Assembly (NCBI GenBank): GCA_964578885.1
Contig: CAZOEO010000019.1
Span: 245 to 64,244, forward strand
DNA length: 64,000 nt
Direction: 5' to 3'
From: an uncultured Candidatus Competibacteraceae bacterium
GTDB taxonomy: Bacteria; Bacteroidota; Bacteroidia; CAIKAF01
Shown here: positions 1 to 8,279 of the stretch, piece by piece
Position numbering within the stretch: the first letter of the stretch is position 1
How the letters are laid out: each line of letters opens with the position of its first letter
Position numbers and translations under genes: made by a program
The notes under the pieces: generated by a model
What the model was told of the DNA's origin: nothing
The model's database searches: none
Seen by the model: only the letters and a program-made list of their open reading frames with translations

Positions 1-1738
1 TGCCATGGATCGCTTCAACTATCATTATTCAGCCTCAAATAACAGACTGCTGTATGTAAGCGATAGCGTGGCTACTGCAAACTATGCGAATGATATTGAT
101 GACCAACTTTCTGGAAACTACGGCTATGATGCCATTGGCAACCTAACCCGAGACGACGCAGAAGAAATTAATTTAATCACATGGTCTGTATATGGCAAAG
201 TCAAGAGCGTAGGACGCACGCACGGCTCATCACGCCCCAGAATGAACTTTCATTATGATGCCAGCGGGCAACGCGTGATGAAAGAATTGATATATGGTGT
301 GATTGGAAGCCATGTTGATTCTACTGTAAAGTATTTTTATGTGCGTGATGCCAGCGGAAATGTAATGGCCACTTATCGACATAGCAGTCAAACCCCTGGC
401 CTGTACCTAGAGGAACAAACCATATATGGATCCAGCAGATTGGGAACACGAAACCAATCTCTCAGGGTAAACATAAGCTATTCCTATCCAGCAAACATGT
501 TTAAAGGCATAAGTTATGTGAAAAGAGGCTACAAAACTTATGAACTCAGTAATCATTTGGGGAATGTGCTTGCTACGGTTTCGGATAGGCGTGTTTGTGG
601 CACCTGTACCGATTCCATTGTAGATTTTTATGATGCAGATATCTTAACCATAAGTGATTACTACCCCTTTGGAATGACCATGCAGGGTAGAACTCAGTAT
701 GCAGAAAAATATAGATTCGGGTTTAATGGAATGGAGAAAGACAATGAAGTGTATGGAGATGGAAATTCCTATACGGCAGAGTTTTGGCAGTATGATCCGA
801 GGTCGGGAAGAAGGTGGAATGTGGACCCCTTAGCGGATCATCCAAATCAAATAGGCATGTCTCCTTATGGCGCATTTTGGGGAAATCCATTGGTTTGGTC
901 GGATCCTAGTGGGGCCTGCCCAGAATGCGAGAAGAATGTTAAAAATCCATCAAATAACCAAGAATACATTTCAACAGGCGGAAGCACCTACATTTTTGAA
1001 GAAAGTGGGGGTTGGACTCGTGAGGGCGGTGAACTTCCTGAAGTGAAGATCGAAGATTATGTTGATCTTCAGTACAAAGGCCCAGTTCGTGGAGGCATCG
1101 CCTTCTCAAATGTAGATTTATGGGAGAATTTATATCCGGGATACAATAGGAATACCGGTTATGAGTATAGTCTAACAGATTTACAGATACGTCATACTCA
1201 TCGTCAATCTAGAATCTTAGCCGCAGCATATAGTAGTATTGAGGAGGCCGGAAATGCAGCGCCCACACAACTCGATAAATGGATTGATTTCTTCGGAGTG
1301 GATTACTATAATAAATATAGATTCTTTTCTGCAGTTGAAATGGTATTACCACTAACAGGAATTAGTAACACTGGACGCGCAGGAATAAGGCATGTGTCGT
1401 ATTCATCATATACGGCAAATAGAGGGGTAGTTGCCGCTAAGGGGGGAGCTAACTTTTTGAAATTTGGCGGAGATGAAGCAGTAGTACATTTTGGTAGGCA
1501 CGCAGACCAAATAATGAAGGTCACGGGTAAATCAGCTTACAATCTTAGGAACTATGTTGATGATGCTAATTGGATAATTCAAAATGGAACTTACAGTTCC
1601 AAGCTTAACGGTTATTACCATTACATGGGTAATGCAGCGAAGGGAGAATCTTTGTTTGGTTTTGTTGGGATGAAAAATGGAGGCTCAACTATATCAACTT
1701 TCCATATTAAAACTGCCACACAGCTTGGCTTAAAGTAA
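1..1738 (+). CDS. Rhs/YD-repeat polymorphic toxin, 3' portion (5'-partial; gene continues upstream of the window). It has YD repeats, the canonical Rhs core end (DYYPFGM...YRFGFNGMEKD...YDPRSGRRWNVDPL...SPYGAFWGNPLVWSDPSG), then a ~270-aa C-terminal tip of unrecognised family.
   Basis: YD-repeat motifs (YDAIGNLT, YDASGQRV, RDASGNV) and the DPxG-terminated Rhs core motif seen directly in the ORF translation. The Met at nt 5 is internal, not the true start. Confidence 0.8.
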   Translation, partial: AMDRFNYHYSASNNRLLYVSDSVATANYANDIDDQLSGNYGYDAIGNLTRDDAEEINLITWSVYGKVKSVGRTHGSSRPRMNFHYDASGQRVMKELIYGVIGSHVDSTVKYFYVRDASGNVMATYRHSSQTPGLYLEEQTIYGSSRLGTRNQSLRVNISYSYPANMFKGISYVKRGYKTYELSNHLGNVLATVSDRRVCGTCTDSIVDFYDADILTISDYYPFGMTMQGRTQYAEKYRFGFNGMEKDNEVYGDGNSYTAEFWQYDPRSGRRWNVDPLADHPNQIGMSPYGAFWGNPLVWSDPSGACPECEKNVKNPSNNQEYISTGGSTYIFEESGGWTREGGELPEVKIEDYVDLQYKGPVRGGIAFSNVDLWENLYPGYNRNTGYEYSLTDLQIRHTHRQSRILAAAYSSIEEAGNAAPTQLDKWIDFFGVDYYNKYRFFSAVEMVLPLTGISNTGRAGIRHVSYSSYTANRGVVAAKGGANFLKFGGDEAVVHFGRHADQIMKVTGKSAYNLRNYVDDANWIIQNGTYSSKLNGYYHYMGNAAKGESLFGFVGMKNGGSTISTFHIKTATQLGLK

Positions 1739-1744
1739 AATAAT

Positions 1745-2146
1745 ATGGAGAGATATAAAGTTAGCATAAAGCAGATTGATTGGCTTGATAAGGAGAACCC
1801 AGAAGCAGAAGTTTTATTTGAAATAAATGGAAAGCAGCTTTGGGCTTTTTGTCATCCGTGCAATTTTAAGGAAGGAGAATTAGCTGAAGTTTGTTTTAAT
1901 TTCATTGAAGAAGAAACATCCGAGTCCGCATTTTGGGATGAGAATAAGGAGCAGAAAAGGGATATAATGCCATCAGAGAAAAATAGATGTTACTATTACT
2001 GTTATGGTCAATTAAAAAATATTCACCCTGTAATAATTGATTGCGGTGCTGTTACTCTTTCTTTTGGAGACTGGATTAATGACGAAAGAACGATAGGGAG
2101 TTATGTGTACTTTGTAATATCCCGACTTGATATATCCCGACTTTAA
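1745..2146 (+). CDS. Small protein immediately downstream of the Rhs toxin tip; candidate cognate immunity protein (133 aa, no recognisable domain).
   Basis: 7-nt spacing after the rhs stop, same strand, followed by a terminator. Inferred from the typical toxin-immunity gene order. Confidence 0.45.
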   Translation: MERYKVSIKQIDWLDKENPEAEVLFEINGKQLWAFCHPCNFKEGELAEVCFNFIEEETSESAFWDENKEQKRDIMPSEKNRCYYYCYGQLKNIHPVIIDCGAVTLSFGDWINDERTIGSYVYFVISRLDISRL

Positions 2147-2149
2147 AAT

Positions 2150-2182
2150 TACAAGCCCGGCAAGTCCGGGCTTTTTTATTGA
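2150..2182. terminator. Rho-independent terminator hairpin (aagcccggcaagtccgggctt + T-run), likely bidirectional.
   Basis: GC-rich inverted repeat followed by ttttttatt immediately after the 1745..2146 ORF. Confidence 0.6.
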
Positions 2183-2412
2183 ATAGCTTTAAGCTTCACG
2201 TTGTTAATCATGGCATCGAGGGCGTAAAGGATGCAAGCTTTATCCTGTTCAGGAAACTTTGCAATATCATTTAGGCGCTTCATCATGGAAGGGTCTTTTA
2301 AAAGTTCCCTGTCTTCGGTCTCACCAAGCAAATAACCTACGTGAGAATTCCGCTTCAAACTGACCCCCCGTTCCGGGGAAATTGCAAGCATTATTACAGG
2401 AGTTAGAAACAC
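2176..2412 (-). CDS. Hypothetical small protein (78 aa).
   Basis: ORF only; no recognisable motif. Confidence 0.2.
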   Translation of the reverse strand: MFLTPVIMLAISPERGVSLKRNSHVGYLLGETEDRELLKDPSMMKRLNDIAKFPEQDKACILYALDAMINNVKLKAIQ

Positions 2413-2542
2413 TAAAAGCGGAACTGGAGGTTACAATTGTTTACAGAAGGTTACACTCTTTGAGCATTGGCAAAACCACAAACCTATTTCAGTTAATCAT
2501 CGTGCCAACTTTGTTTGTTTTCTATGTTTTGCTGTTCGGGAA

Positions 2543-3070
2543 TTATTTAATTTTAGTTTCAAGTTTATTTAATTCTAATCTATGGTTTTCAATCTGGGAA
2601 TCCAAATGAATGTACTTTCCCCAAATCCAGTTTTCTAATTGTGTGCGAATGAGACTAATGAAGTCTTGTAGATTGGAAATTGTGCCAAATGTGAGAAAGT
2701 TCAATACCAACCAGATTAAAATTCCTGCTTCTGAATAATTCAAAATATCTCCTAAGTTACTTATCGAGCCAAATTTGTAAAGAGTAAAAAGGATGCCTCC
2801 CCAAAGCAAAACAAACAAGATTCTAACTATAAAATATATTCGCTTGAATGTTTTGGTAAGCTTAATTTTAAGTTGTTCCTCCTTGGCCAAGAGTTCGCTT
2901 AATTGTTGGTGTTTTCGTTTTGCTTCTTCTTTGTCGTCTTTAAATTCATCAGGAGCAAGTTGAGTTCTGCCAACATCTAGTTTGCCTAATGAAATTACAA
3001 ACACAATTATCAGGATGGTAATCAAGATTACAATGAGGGTTTTTTCTGTTAGGCTGCTGTTATTATTCAT
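2543..3070 (-). CDS. Hypothetical membrane protein with a central coiled-coil (175 aa; hydrophobic N-terminal segment, a Lys/Glu-rich helix, two further hydrophobic segments).
   Basis: Hydropathy pattern in the translation; no family recognised. Confidence 0.35.
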   Translation of the reverse strand: MNNNSSLTEKTLIVILITILIIVFVISLGKLDVGRTQLAPDEFKDDKEEAKRKHQQLSELLAKEEQLKIKLTKTFKRIYFIVRILFVLLWGGILFTLYKFGSISNLGDILNYSEAGILIWLVLNFLTFGTISNLQDFISLIRTQLENWIWGKYIHLDSQIENHRLELNKLETKIK

Positions 3071-3827
3071 TTAAATTGATAAAAGTTTAGACTTTTCTTT
3101 CAAAAGAAAATCGAAGAGTACTTTGAATCCTTTAAAATCTTCGGGCTTGAATTTATTAAAATCATTTTGAATATGAATTTTAGGTGTTGGAAAAGCCGTT
3201 AAGTCTTTATGTGTTGGCTTTTGTGATTTTCTTGTTCATTCCGGCGATATTGCCCCCCCTCCGGTTTTTAGGATTGTTTATCAAAAAGCGATTATAAAAT
3301 TAGATTTATTTTCTCAAAGATTCGCCTTGTAAATCTACCCGATGAGCTTTCGCAGTTAAGCGGTTCATTATGGCATCACTTAGCGTTGGCTCGGCAATGA
3401 TTAAATACCACAAAGCCACGGGTAGTTGGGAGGCGATGAGGGTTGATTAGTACCCCAAGAATTGCTACTAATCCCACTTCGTCTTTAAAAGTGACCCTGA
3501 ATTTTCATCGCTCTTATTTATTCGTATAAAATGCAGTCATCGATTTTTACGAAATAATTATCCAGAACATGCAAAAGACTATTTCTTTTTCGTGCTTTTC
3601 GCGGGCTTTAGAGAAGAGGAATTACCTTGAGTATCCTTGTTGTCTCTTCGACGTTGGTCTAGCTTTCCAGTTGATTTAGCAATTGGTTTTGGTCCCCGTT
3701 TAATTCCCATGATTTCATAGTTTGATTGAACCTGAAAATTACCAATTTTTTCTTTTGGTTGTATTTTGTTATATGAATTTACAAAGCCTACATTTAAGTG
3801 TTGAATTGGTGTTAGGATGTCATTGTT

Positions 3828-4103
3828 TTGAAGCTACAAACACTACCGCCAGAAAGGGCGGAAGCGGAGCATGAAACTTACGCAACAGAGTTTATTCGGC
3901 GGTTATTACAGCACATCCTGCCCAAAGCATTTGTGCGTATCCAGCTCTACGGATTTTTGAGCAGCACGACTAAGAGCAAGCGCCTGCCTGAATTAAGGCG
4001 AAACTTGCAAATAAACAATCCCGCTCGTGCCGCTGCACAAACTTTACATCGCCACCAAATTCAACTACTGGCTAGCGAAGTGGAAAGCATCCCAAGGGAA
4101 TGA
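3828..4103 (+). pseudogene. IS91-family (Y2 rolling-circle) transposase, C-terminal fragment only.
   Basis: EFIRRLLQHILPKAFVRIQLYGFLSS matches the conserved C-terminal EFIRRFLLHVLPxGFHRIRHYGLF block of IS91/IS801 Y2 transposases (from memory). Only 91 aa are present. Confidence 0.55.
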
Positions 4104-4135
4104 AACAACTGCGGGTTTTATGGAGATTGGGTTGA
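4055..4135 (+). repeat. 81-bp direct repeat, copy 1 (overlaps the 3' end of the IS91 transposase fragment).
   Basis: 77/81 identity with 6404-6484 by eye alignment. Confidence 0.75.
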
Positions 4136-4202
4136 GGGAAGTAAAGTTGGGTACGGTTTTGGAGATTGAAGCTCCATCAGGGGTAAAGATCACGGTGTTT
4201 GC

Positions 4203-4439
4203 ATGAGTTTGTTTGGACTAGAGGAAGCGACCAAGGTTTTTCTTTATGCCCGCCCGGCTGATATGCGAAAGGGATTTGACGGGCTGTATGGCTTGGTACT
4301 TGAGGAAATGAGTTTAGACCCTCGTTTGGGTTATCTTTTTTGTTTTTATGAATTTGCAACGTACTCGCATCAAAGTGTTGCATTGGAATCAGGATGGCTT
4401 GGCCATTTTTCACAAGCGCTTATAACGTGGTACATTTAA
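4203..4439 (+). pseudogene. tnpB: IS66-family accessory protein TnpB (orf2) remnant; C-terminal half diverged or frameshifted.
   Basis: ARPADMRKGFDGLYGLV matches the IS66 TnpB hallmark (xxPxDMRKxFDGL). The length is short and the tail is non-canonical. Confidence 0.55.
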
Positions 4440-4621
4440 GCGTCCAATGGCAAGATTGGACGCGCCCAATAGCGAGCTTAGCAAAGAGGAATTATTCATG
4501 ATTTTGCGGGGAATTGATTTTGAAAGAACCAAGAAAAGAAAGCGCTTTTTATCCACATAAACTGTTGATTACTTTTTCGTAAAAAGGCAGTAAAATCAAC
4601 GTTTTCCCACTATATTTAGGT

Positions 4622-6214
4622 ATGGAAACCGCGATGGAAAACATGACAAAACAAGAGCTGATTCAAGCGCTTTTGTTGCTCAGAAAATCCAACCAAAAGC
4701 TTGAGGTTTCTATCCAGGCAAAAGACGAAGTTATTGCCAAGAAAGACGAAGTTATTGCCAAGAAAGATGAGTGCATTGCCAAGAAAGATGAGTGCATTGC
4801 CGAGAAGGAAGAAGATGTTGCTCGATTAAATTTGATTGTAGCCAATCTTCAGCGCATGCTTTTTGGCACTAAGAAAGAGCGTTTTCTTGCGCAAAACGAA
4901 AATCAGTTAACACTGGAATTTGAAGAGTTCGCCTCAGAAGATGCCAAGGCGGATACCACTCCAGTAAAAGAAAAAATCACCTACGAGCGCGAAAAGCCTT
5001 CAAAGCATGCGGGGCGCAATAAATTGCCTGAAAACCTGCCTGTAGAGGAAGAAATCATTGAGCCTGCGGATTTAAATGAGGGTATGGTAAAAATAGGTGA
5101 AGAAGTAACCGAGATATTGGAGTATGTACCTTCTCGGTTTTTCAAGCGCAGAATTATCCGGCCCAAATATCTCAATAAAGAAACACAGCAAATTGCAATA
5201 GCAGAGCTTCCCTCTAGGCCCATCGAAAAGTGTTTGGCCGGAAATTCTGTTTTAACCCACATTTTGGTGAGCAAATACGTGGATCATTTACCCCTATATC
5301 GCCAACAGCAAATTTTCAAGCGCGCAGATATTGAGATTGCGCCATCCACGATTGATTCTTGGGTGGCGCAGTCCGGCAGTCTTCTTGTTCCGCTTTACGA
5401 TAGAATGGTTGAATATGTTAGAAACCAAGGCTATTTGCAAGCCGATGAAACAACATTGCGGGTATTAGACAAGAATAAAAAGGGCGAAACGCACCTAGGT
5501 TATTTATGGGTGTATCATGCTCCTTTGTCTAAATTATGCGTGTTCGACTACCAAGAAGGCCGTGGAATAGATGCTCCGCGCCAAATGCTTACTAATTATC
5601 ACGGTGCGCTGCAAACCGATGGATACAAAGTGTATGATCACTACTGCCTCCAACCTACAATACACCATTTAGCTTGTTGGGCGCATGCTCGTCGATATTT
5701 TGAAAAGGCACTAATACAAGACAAACAACGTGCATCGCACGTATTGCAGGAAATCCAAAAGCTATACGCTATTGAGCGCAAAACGGCTGACCTTACACCC
5801 GAAGAACGACATGCCATAAGATTAGAAGAAGCTCTTCCTCTCATCAATGAGTTAGGTAAATGGATGCAACGCGAACGAAACATGGTTTTGCCCAAATCCC
5901 TTATCGGAAAAGCCATTGAATATTGCACTAAATTATGGCTGAACTTGTTGGCTTACCTCAATAACGGAAATTACCACATTGATAACAACGCCATAGAAAA
6001 CAAAATCCGCCCCGTAGCGCTGGGACGCAAAAATTATCTGTTTGCCGGATCACATAACGGTGCAAAAAGAACAGCGATGTTCTATACCTTCTTCGCAAAC
6101 TGCCAACTTAACGGCGTAAATCCCGACAAATGGCTCAGTAAAGTACTGGAAGTAATCGCTGATTATCCTTGCAACAAACTACAAAACTTGTTCCCTGGAA
6201 CATTGGAGGTGTAG
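4622..6214 (+). CDS. tnpC: IS66-family transposase TnpC (530 aa), apparently intact.
   Basis: N-terminal leucine-zipper/coiled-coil; LPLYRQ, DETTLRVL, GYLWVY and HLACWAHARRYFEKAL motifs typical of IS66 TnpC. Confidence 0.9.
   Translation: METAMENMTKQELIQALLLLRKSNQKLEVSIQAKDEVIAKKDEVIAKKDECIAKKDECIAEKEEDVARLNLIVANLQRMLFGTKKERFLAQNENQLTLEFEEFASEDAKADTTPVKEKITYEREKPSKHAGRNKLPENLPVEEEIIEPADLNEGMVKIGEEVTEILEYVPSRFFKRRIIRPKYLNKETQQIAIAELPSRPIEKCLAGNSVLTHILVSKYVDHLPLYRQQQIFKRADIEIAPSTIDSWVAQSGSLLVPLYDRMVEYVRNQGYLQADETTLRVLDKNKKGETHLGYLWVYHAPLSKLCVFDYQEGRGIDAPRQMLTNYHGALQTDGYKVYDHYCLQPTIHHLACWAHARRYFEKALIQDKQRASHVLQEIQKLYAIERKTADLTPEERHAIRLEEALPLINELGKWMQRERNMVLPKSLIGKAIEYCTKLWLNLLAYLNNGNYHIDNNAIENKIRPVALGRKNYLFAGSHNGAKRTAMFYTFFANCQLNGVNPDKWLSKVLEVIADYPCNKLQNLFPGTLEV
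4724..4807 (+). repeat. 4 x 21-bp in-frame tandem repeat (2x aaagacgaagttattgccaag, 2x aaagatgagtgcattgccaag) encoding KDEVIAK/KDECIAK heptads in the TnpC N-terminal zipper.
   Basis: Read directly in the sequence. Confidence 0.9.
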
Positions 6215-6250
6215 TTGCTCGGGGGGATACGCCGTATCCCCCCGAGCAAC
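6214..6250. repeat. 37-bp perfect palindrome (gttgctcggggggatacg c cgtatccccccgagcaac) starting on the last base of the tnpC stop codon.
   Basis: Every position i pairs with position 38-i, checked base by base. Confidence 0.85.
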
Positions 6251-6403
6251 CACGTATTGTTTCGCCCCTAAATCATGCTGATTTTTGTTGGCAAATACTA
6301 TGTTCGATGAGTTTACAGGAAAAGATGTTCTCCGAGGTTGAGAACTAGATGGCATCAGGTGCTGCAAAATTGACATTTTTGGTCGGCAAAGATTATAGTG
6401 TGG

Positions 6404-6484
6404 CCAAATTCAATTATTGGCTAGCGAAGTGGAAAGCATCCCAAGCGAATGAAACAACTGGGGGTTTTATGGAGATTGGGTTGA
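6404..6484 (+). repeat. 81-bp direct repeat, copy 2 (downstream of IS66 tnpC).
   Basis: 77/81 identity with 4055-4135. Confidence 0.75.
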
Positions 6485-6551
6485 TTCAATTCCCCGCATT
6501 TTCCCTTTTCAATCAAATTTCCTAACTTCCCCATTCGTTTAACCATCTGCC

Positions 6552-6827
6552 ATGCCACCATCCACCCGCCAATCTTTTGTCATTCCTTGGAAAGTCGGGG
6601 AGGGGAAGTGGATGTCATTTTCCGGAGCAAATAGGTTTAAAGGCATAAGTTATGTGAAAAGAGGCTACAAAACTTATGAACTCAGTAATCATTTGGGGAA
6701 TGTGCTTGCTACGGTTTCGGATAGGCGTGTTTCCGGCACCTGTACCGATTCCATTGTAGATTTCTATGATGCGGATATCTTAACCATAAGGTTACAGAGG
6801 TTACAGTGTTGTTATGAATACACTTAA
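6552..6827 (+). pseudogene. Internal rhs fragment. Residues FKGISYVKRGYKTYELSNHLGNVLATVSDRRV(S/C)GTCTDSIVDFYDADILTI are near-identical to nt 499-652 of the main rhs, without the downstream Rhs core end.
   Basis: ~155 bp nucleotide identity with 499-652 (3-4 mismatches); both flanks diverge. Confidence 0.6.
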
Positions 6828-7086
6828 TAATCCAAACTTATCAGAGCAAACAAAAGCAACTAAATTAGAAGCAGTAGGCGCTAAATTTAGAAGAGATGTT
6901 TTAATACCAGATCATGTTAATCAATTGAGCGGTTTAATTGAGCAATCTAATTTCATGTTAGCATTTGATAAGTCCTTGTCAGGTACTGCAAGGACATTAT
7001 TGCAACAATCTATTGGTGGCATGCAAAGGCAAATTGAAGCTTATAATGCAGAACAAACACAAATAACAAAAAAATATGGCAACTAA
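6814..7086 (+). CDS. Hypothetical protein (90 aa) downstream of the rhs fragment.
   Basis: ORF only. Confidence 0.25.
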   Translation: MNTLNNPNLSEQTKATKLEAVGAKFRRDVLIPDHVNQLSGLIEQSNFMLAFDKSLSGTARTLLQQSIGGMQRQIEAYNAEQTQITKKYGN

Positions 7087-7507
7087 AGCGGCAATATTAT
7101 TTCAATTATTTTTTCTTAGCTGTAATTTTCATCCTCACCCGATTTTGTTACAAATGGATTTTAAAAATCAAATAATAACTCTATCGGATACAAATTACTT
7201 TATTTATAAAGTTCAGATAGAAAATGATGCCGCAGATTCTCCTTTTTATATGGCTATATTAAACTCTGAACAACCTGAAGGCCGAATTAGTATTAATTTG
7301 AAGCACAGGAATATTTATAAATACGACATTAAGGGAGATTATAGAAATGCATGTGAACAAGAAATTATTAACTACAACCGCACTTATATAACTGTGTGGG
7401 CATATCCTAAAAAAAGCAATCTGTCCGAAAAGCATTTCTCATTTAACTATTCTTGTAATACTGATACGGTTATAGCCGTAGAATCCGAAAAACGTTCTTT
7501 ACCCTAA
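7076..7507 (+). CDS. Hypothetical protein (143 aa, hydrophobic N-terminus with a Cys); possible orphan immunity-like protein.
   Basis: ORF plus its position after an rhs remnant; no motif. Confidence 0.3.
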   Translation: MATKAAILFQLFFLSCNFHPHPILLQMDFKNQIITLSDTNYFIYKVQIENDAADSPFYMAILNSEQPEGRISINLKHRNIYKYDIKGDYRNACEQEIINYNRTYITVWAYPKKSNLSEKHFSFNYSCNTDTVIAVESEKRSLP

Positions 7508-7607
7508 AGAAAAAGTCCCGCAAGCCGAGGCTATTCTTTTGCTTCCTACTCTGCTTCGCAGAGCCCAAAAAAATGGGGAGGTTACAACCCCTGCTGAAAT
7601 GATTACT

Positions 7608-7793
7608 GTATCCCCCCGAGCAACTACACCTCCAATGTTCCAGGGAACAAGTTTTGTAGTTTGTTGCAAGGATAATCAGCGATTACTTCCAGTACTTTAC
7701 TGAGCCATTTGTCGGGATTTACGCCGTTAAGTTGGCAGTTTGCGAAGAAGGTATAGAACATCGCTGTTCTTTTTGCACCGTTATGTGTGGCAT
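7608..7793 (-). repeat. Inverted partial copy (~186 bp) of the IS66 tnpC 3' end, corresponding to plus-strand 6048-6232. It ends exactly at the palindrome half-site.
   Basis: The reverse complement of 6048-6232 matches 7608-7793; the match is lost beyond both ends. Confidence 0.8.
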
Positions 7794-8279
7794 CCCGTAA
7801 TCAAATAAAATTTTCACCCTAAAATAATTTGTATTGTGTTGCAAAAATACCCTCATTATGTTAGTCGTTTTTTTCCATATCACAAATGGTATAAAGACGG
7901 ATGGTTATCCGAAGATAGCGACAAAAATTTCAAAGCCGAAATAGACCGAATATTTTATGAAATCTCTAGTTACATATTCTAACTGTGCGCATAATGCAAT
8001 TGCATTTGCAAGTACATTTGCTTTTGGCCAACGCTAATGCCATCGCAGAAAAAAGCAAAAGAGCTTGCAAGCCAACGCACAGGACACCTCAGACTAATCA
8101 TAACAACCATACGGATGGAAAGAAGAGTTACCCAAAACAGCCTTTCTCCACAATGAGGTCTGACGTGTTTCAACCAAGTGCAGTACGTCTTTCAACATTT
8201 GTGCTTGGTTGACAGTTTTGTGCTCCAAAATCACCACCATTCCTGCATTTCATCAAATCCCCCCAAAAACCACTCATAT

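Larger units (their letters stand above)
4140..6250 (+). mobile_element. IS66-family element (tnpB remnant + tnpC); boundaries approximate. The right end is placed at the 37-bp palindrome that starts on the last base of the tnpC stop codon.
   Basis: Gene content, plus an inverted partial copy at 7608-7793 that ends at the palindrome centre. Confidence 0.45.

Noticed and set aside
5-7. ATG at nt 5 as the start of the rhs gene.
   Set aside because: YD repeats begin immediately; the gene clearly continues upstream of the window, so this is an internal Met.
3579-3710. 43-aa very basic minus-strand ORF (MGIKRGPKPIAKSTGKLDQRRRDNKDTQGNSSSLKPAKSTKKK) in the IS junkyard.
   Set aside because: Possibly a truncated N-terminus of a transposase or integrase, but too short and low-complexity to call, and below the ORF-track cutoff.
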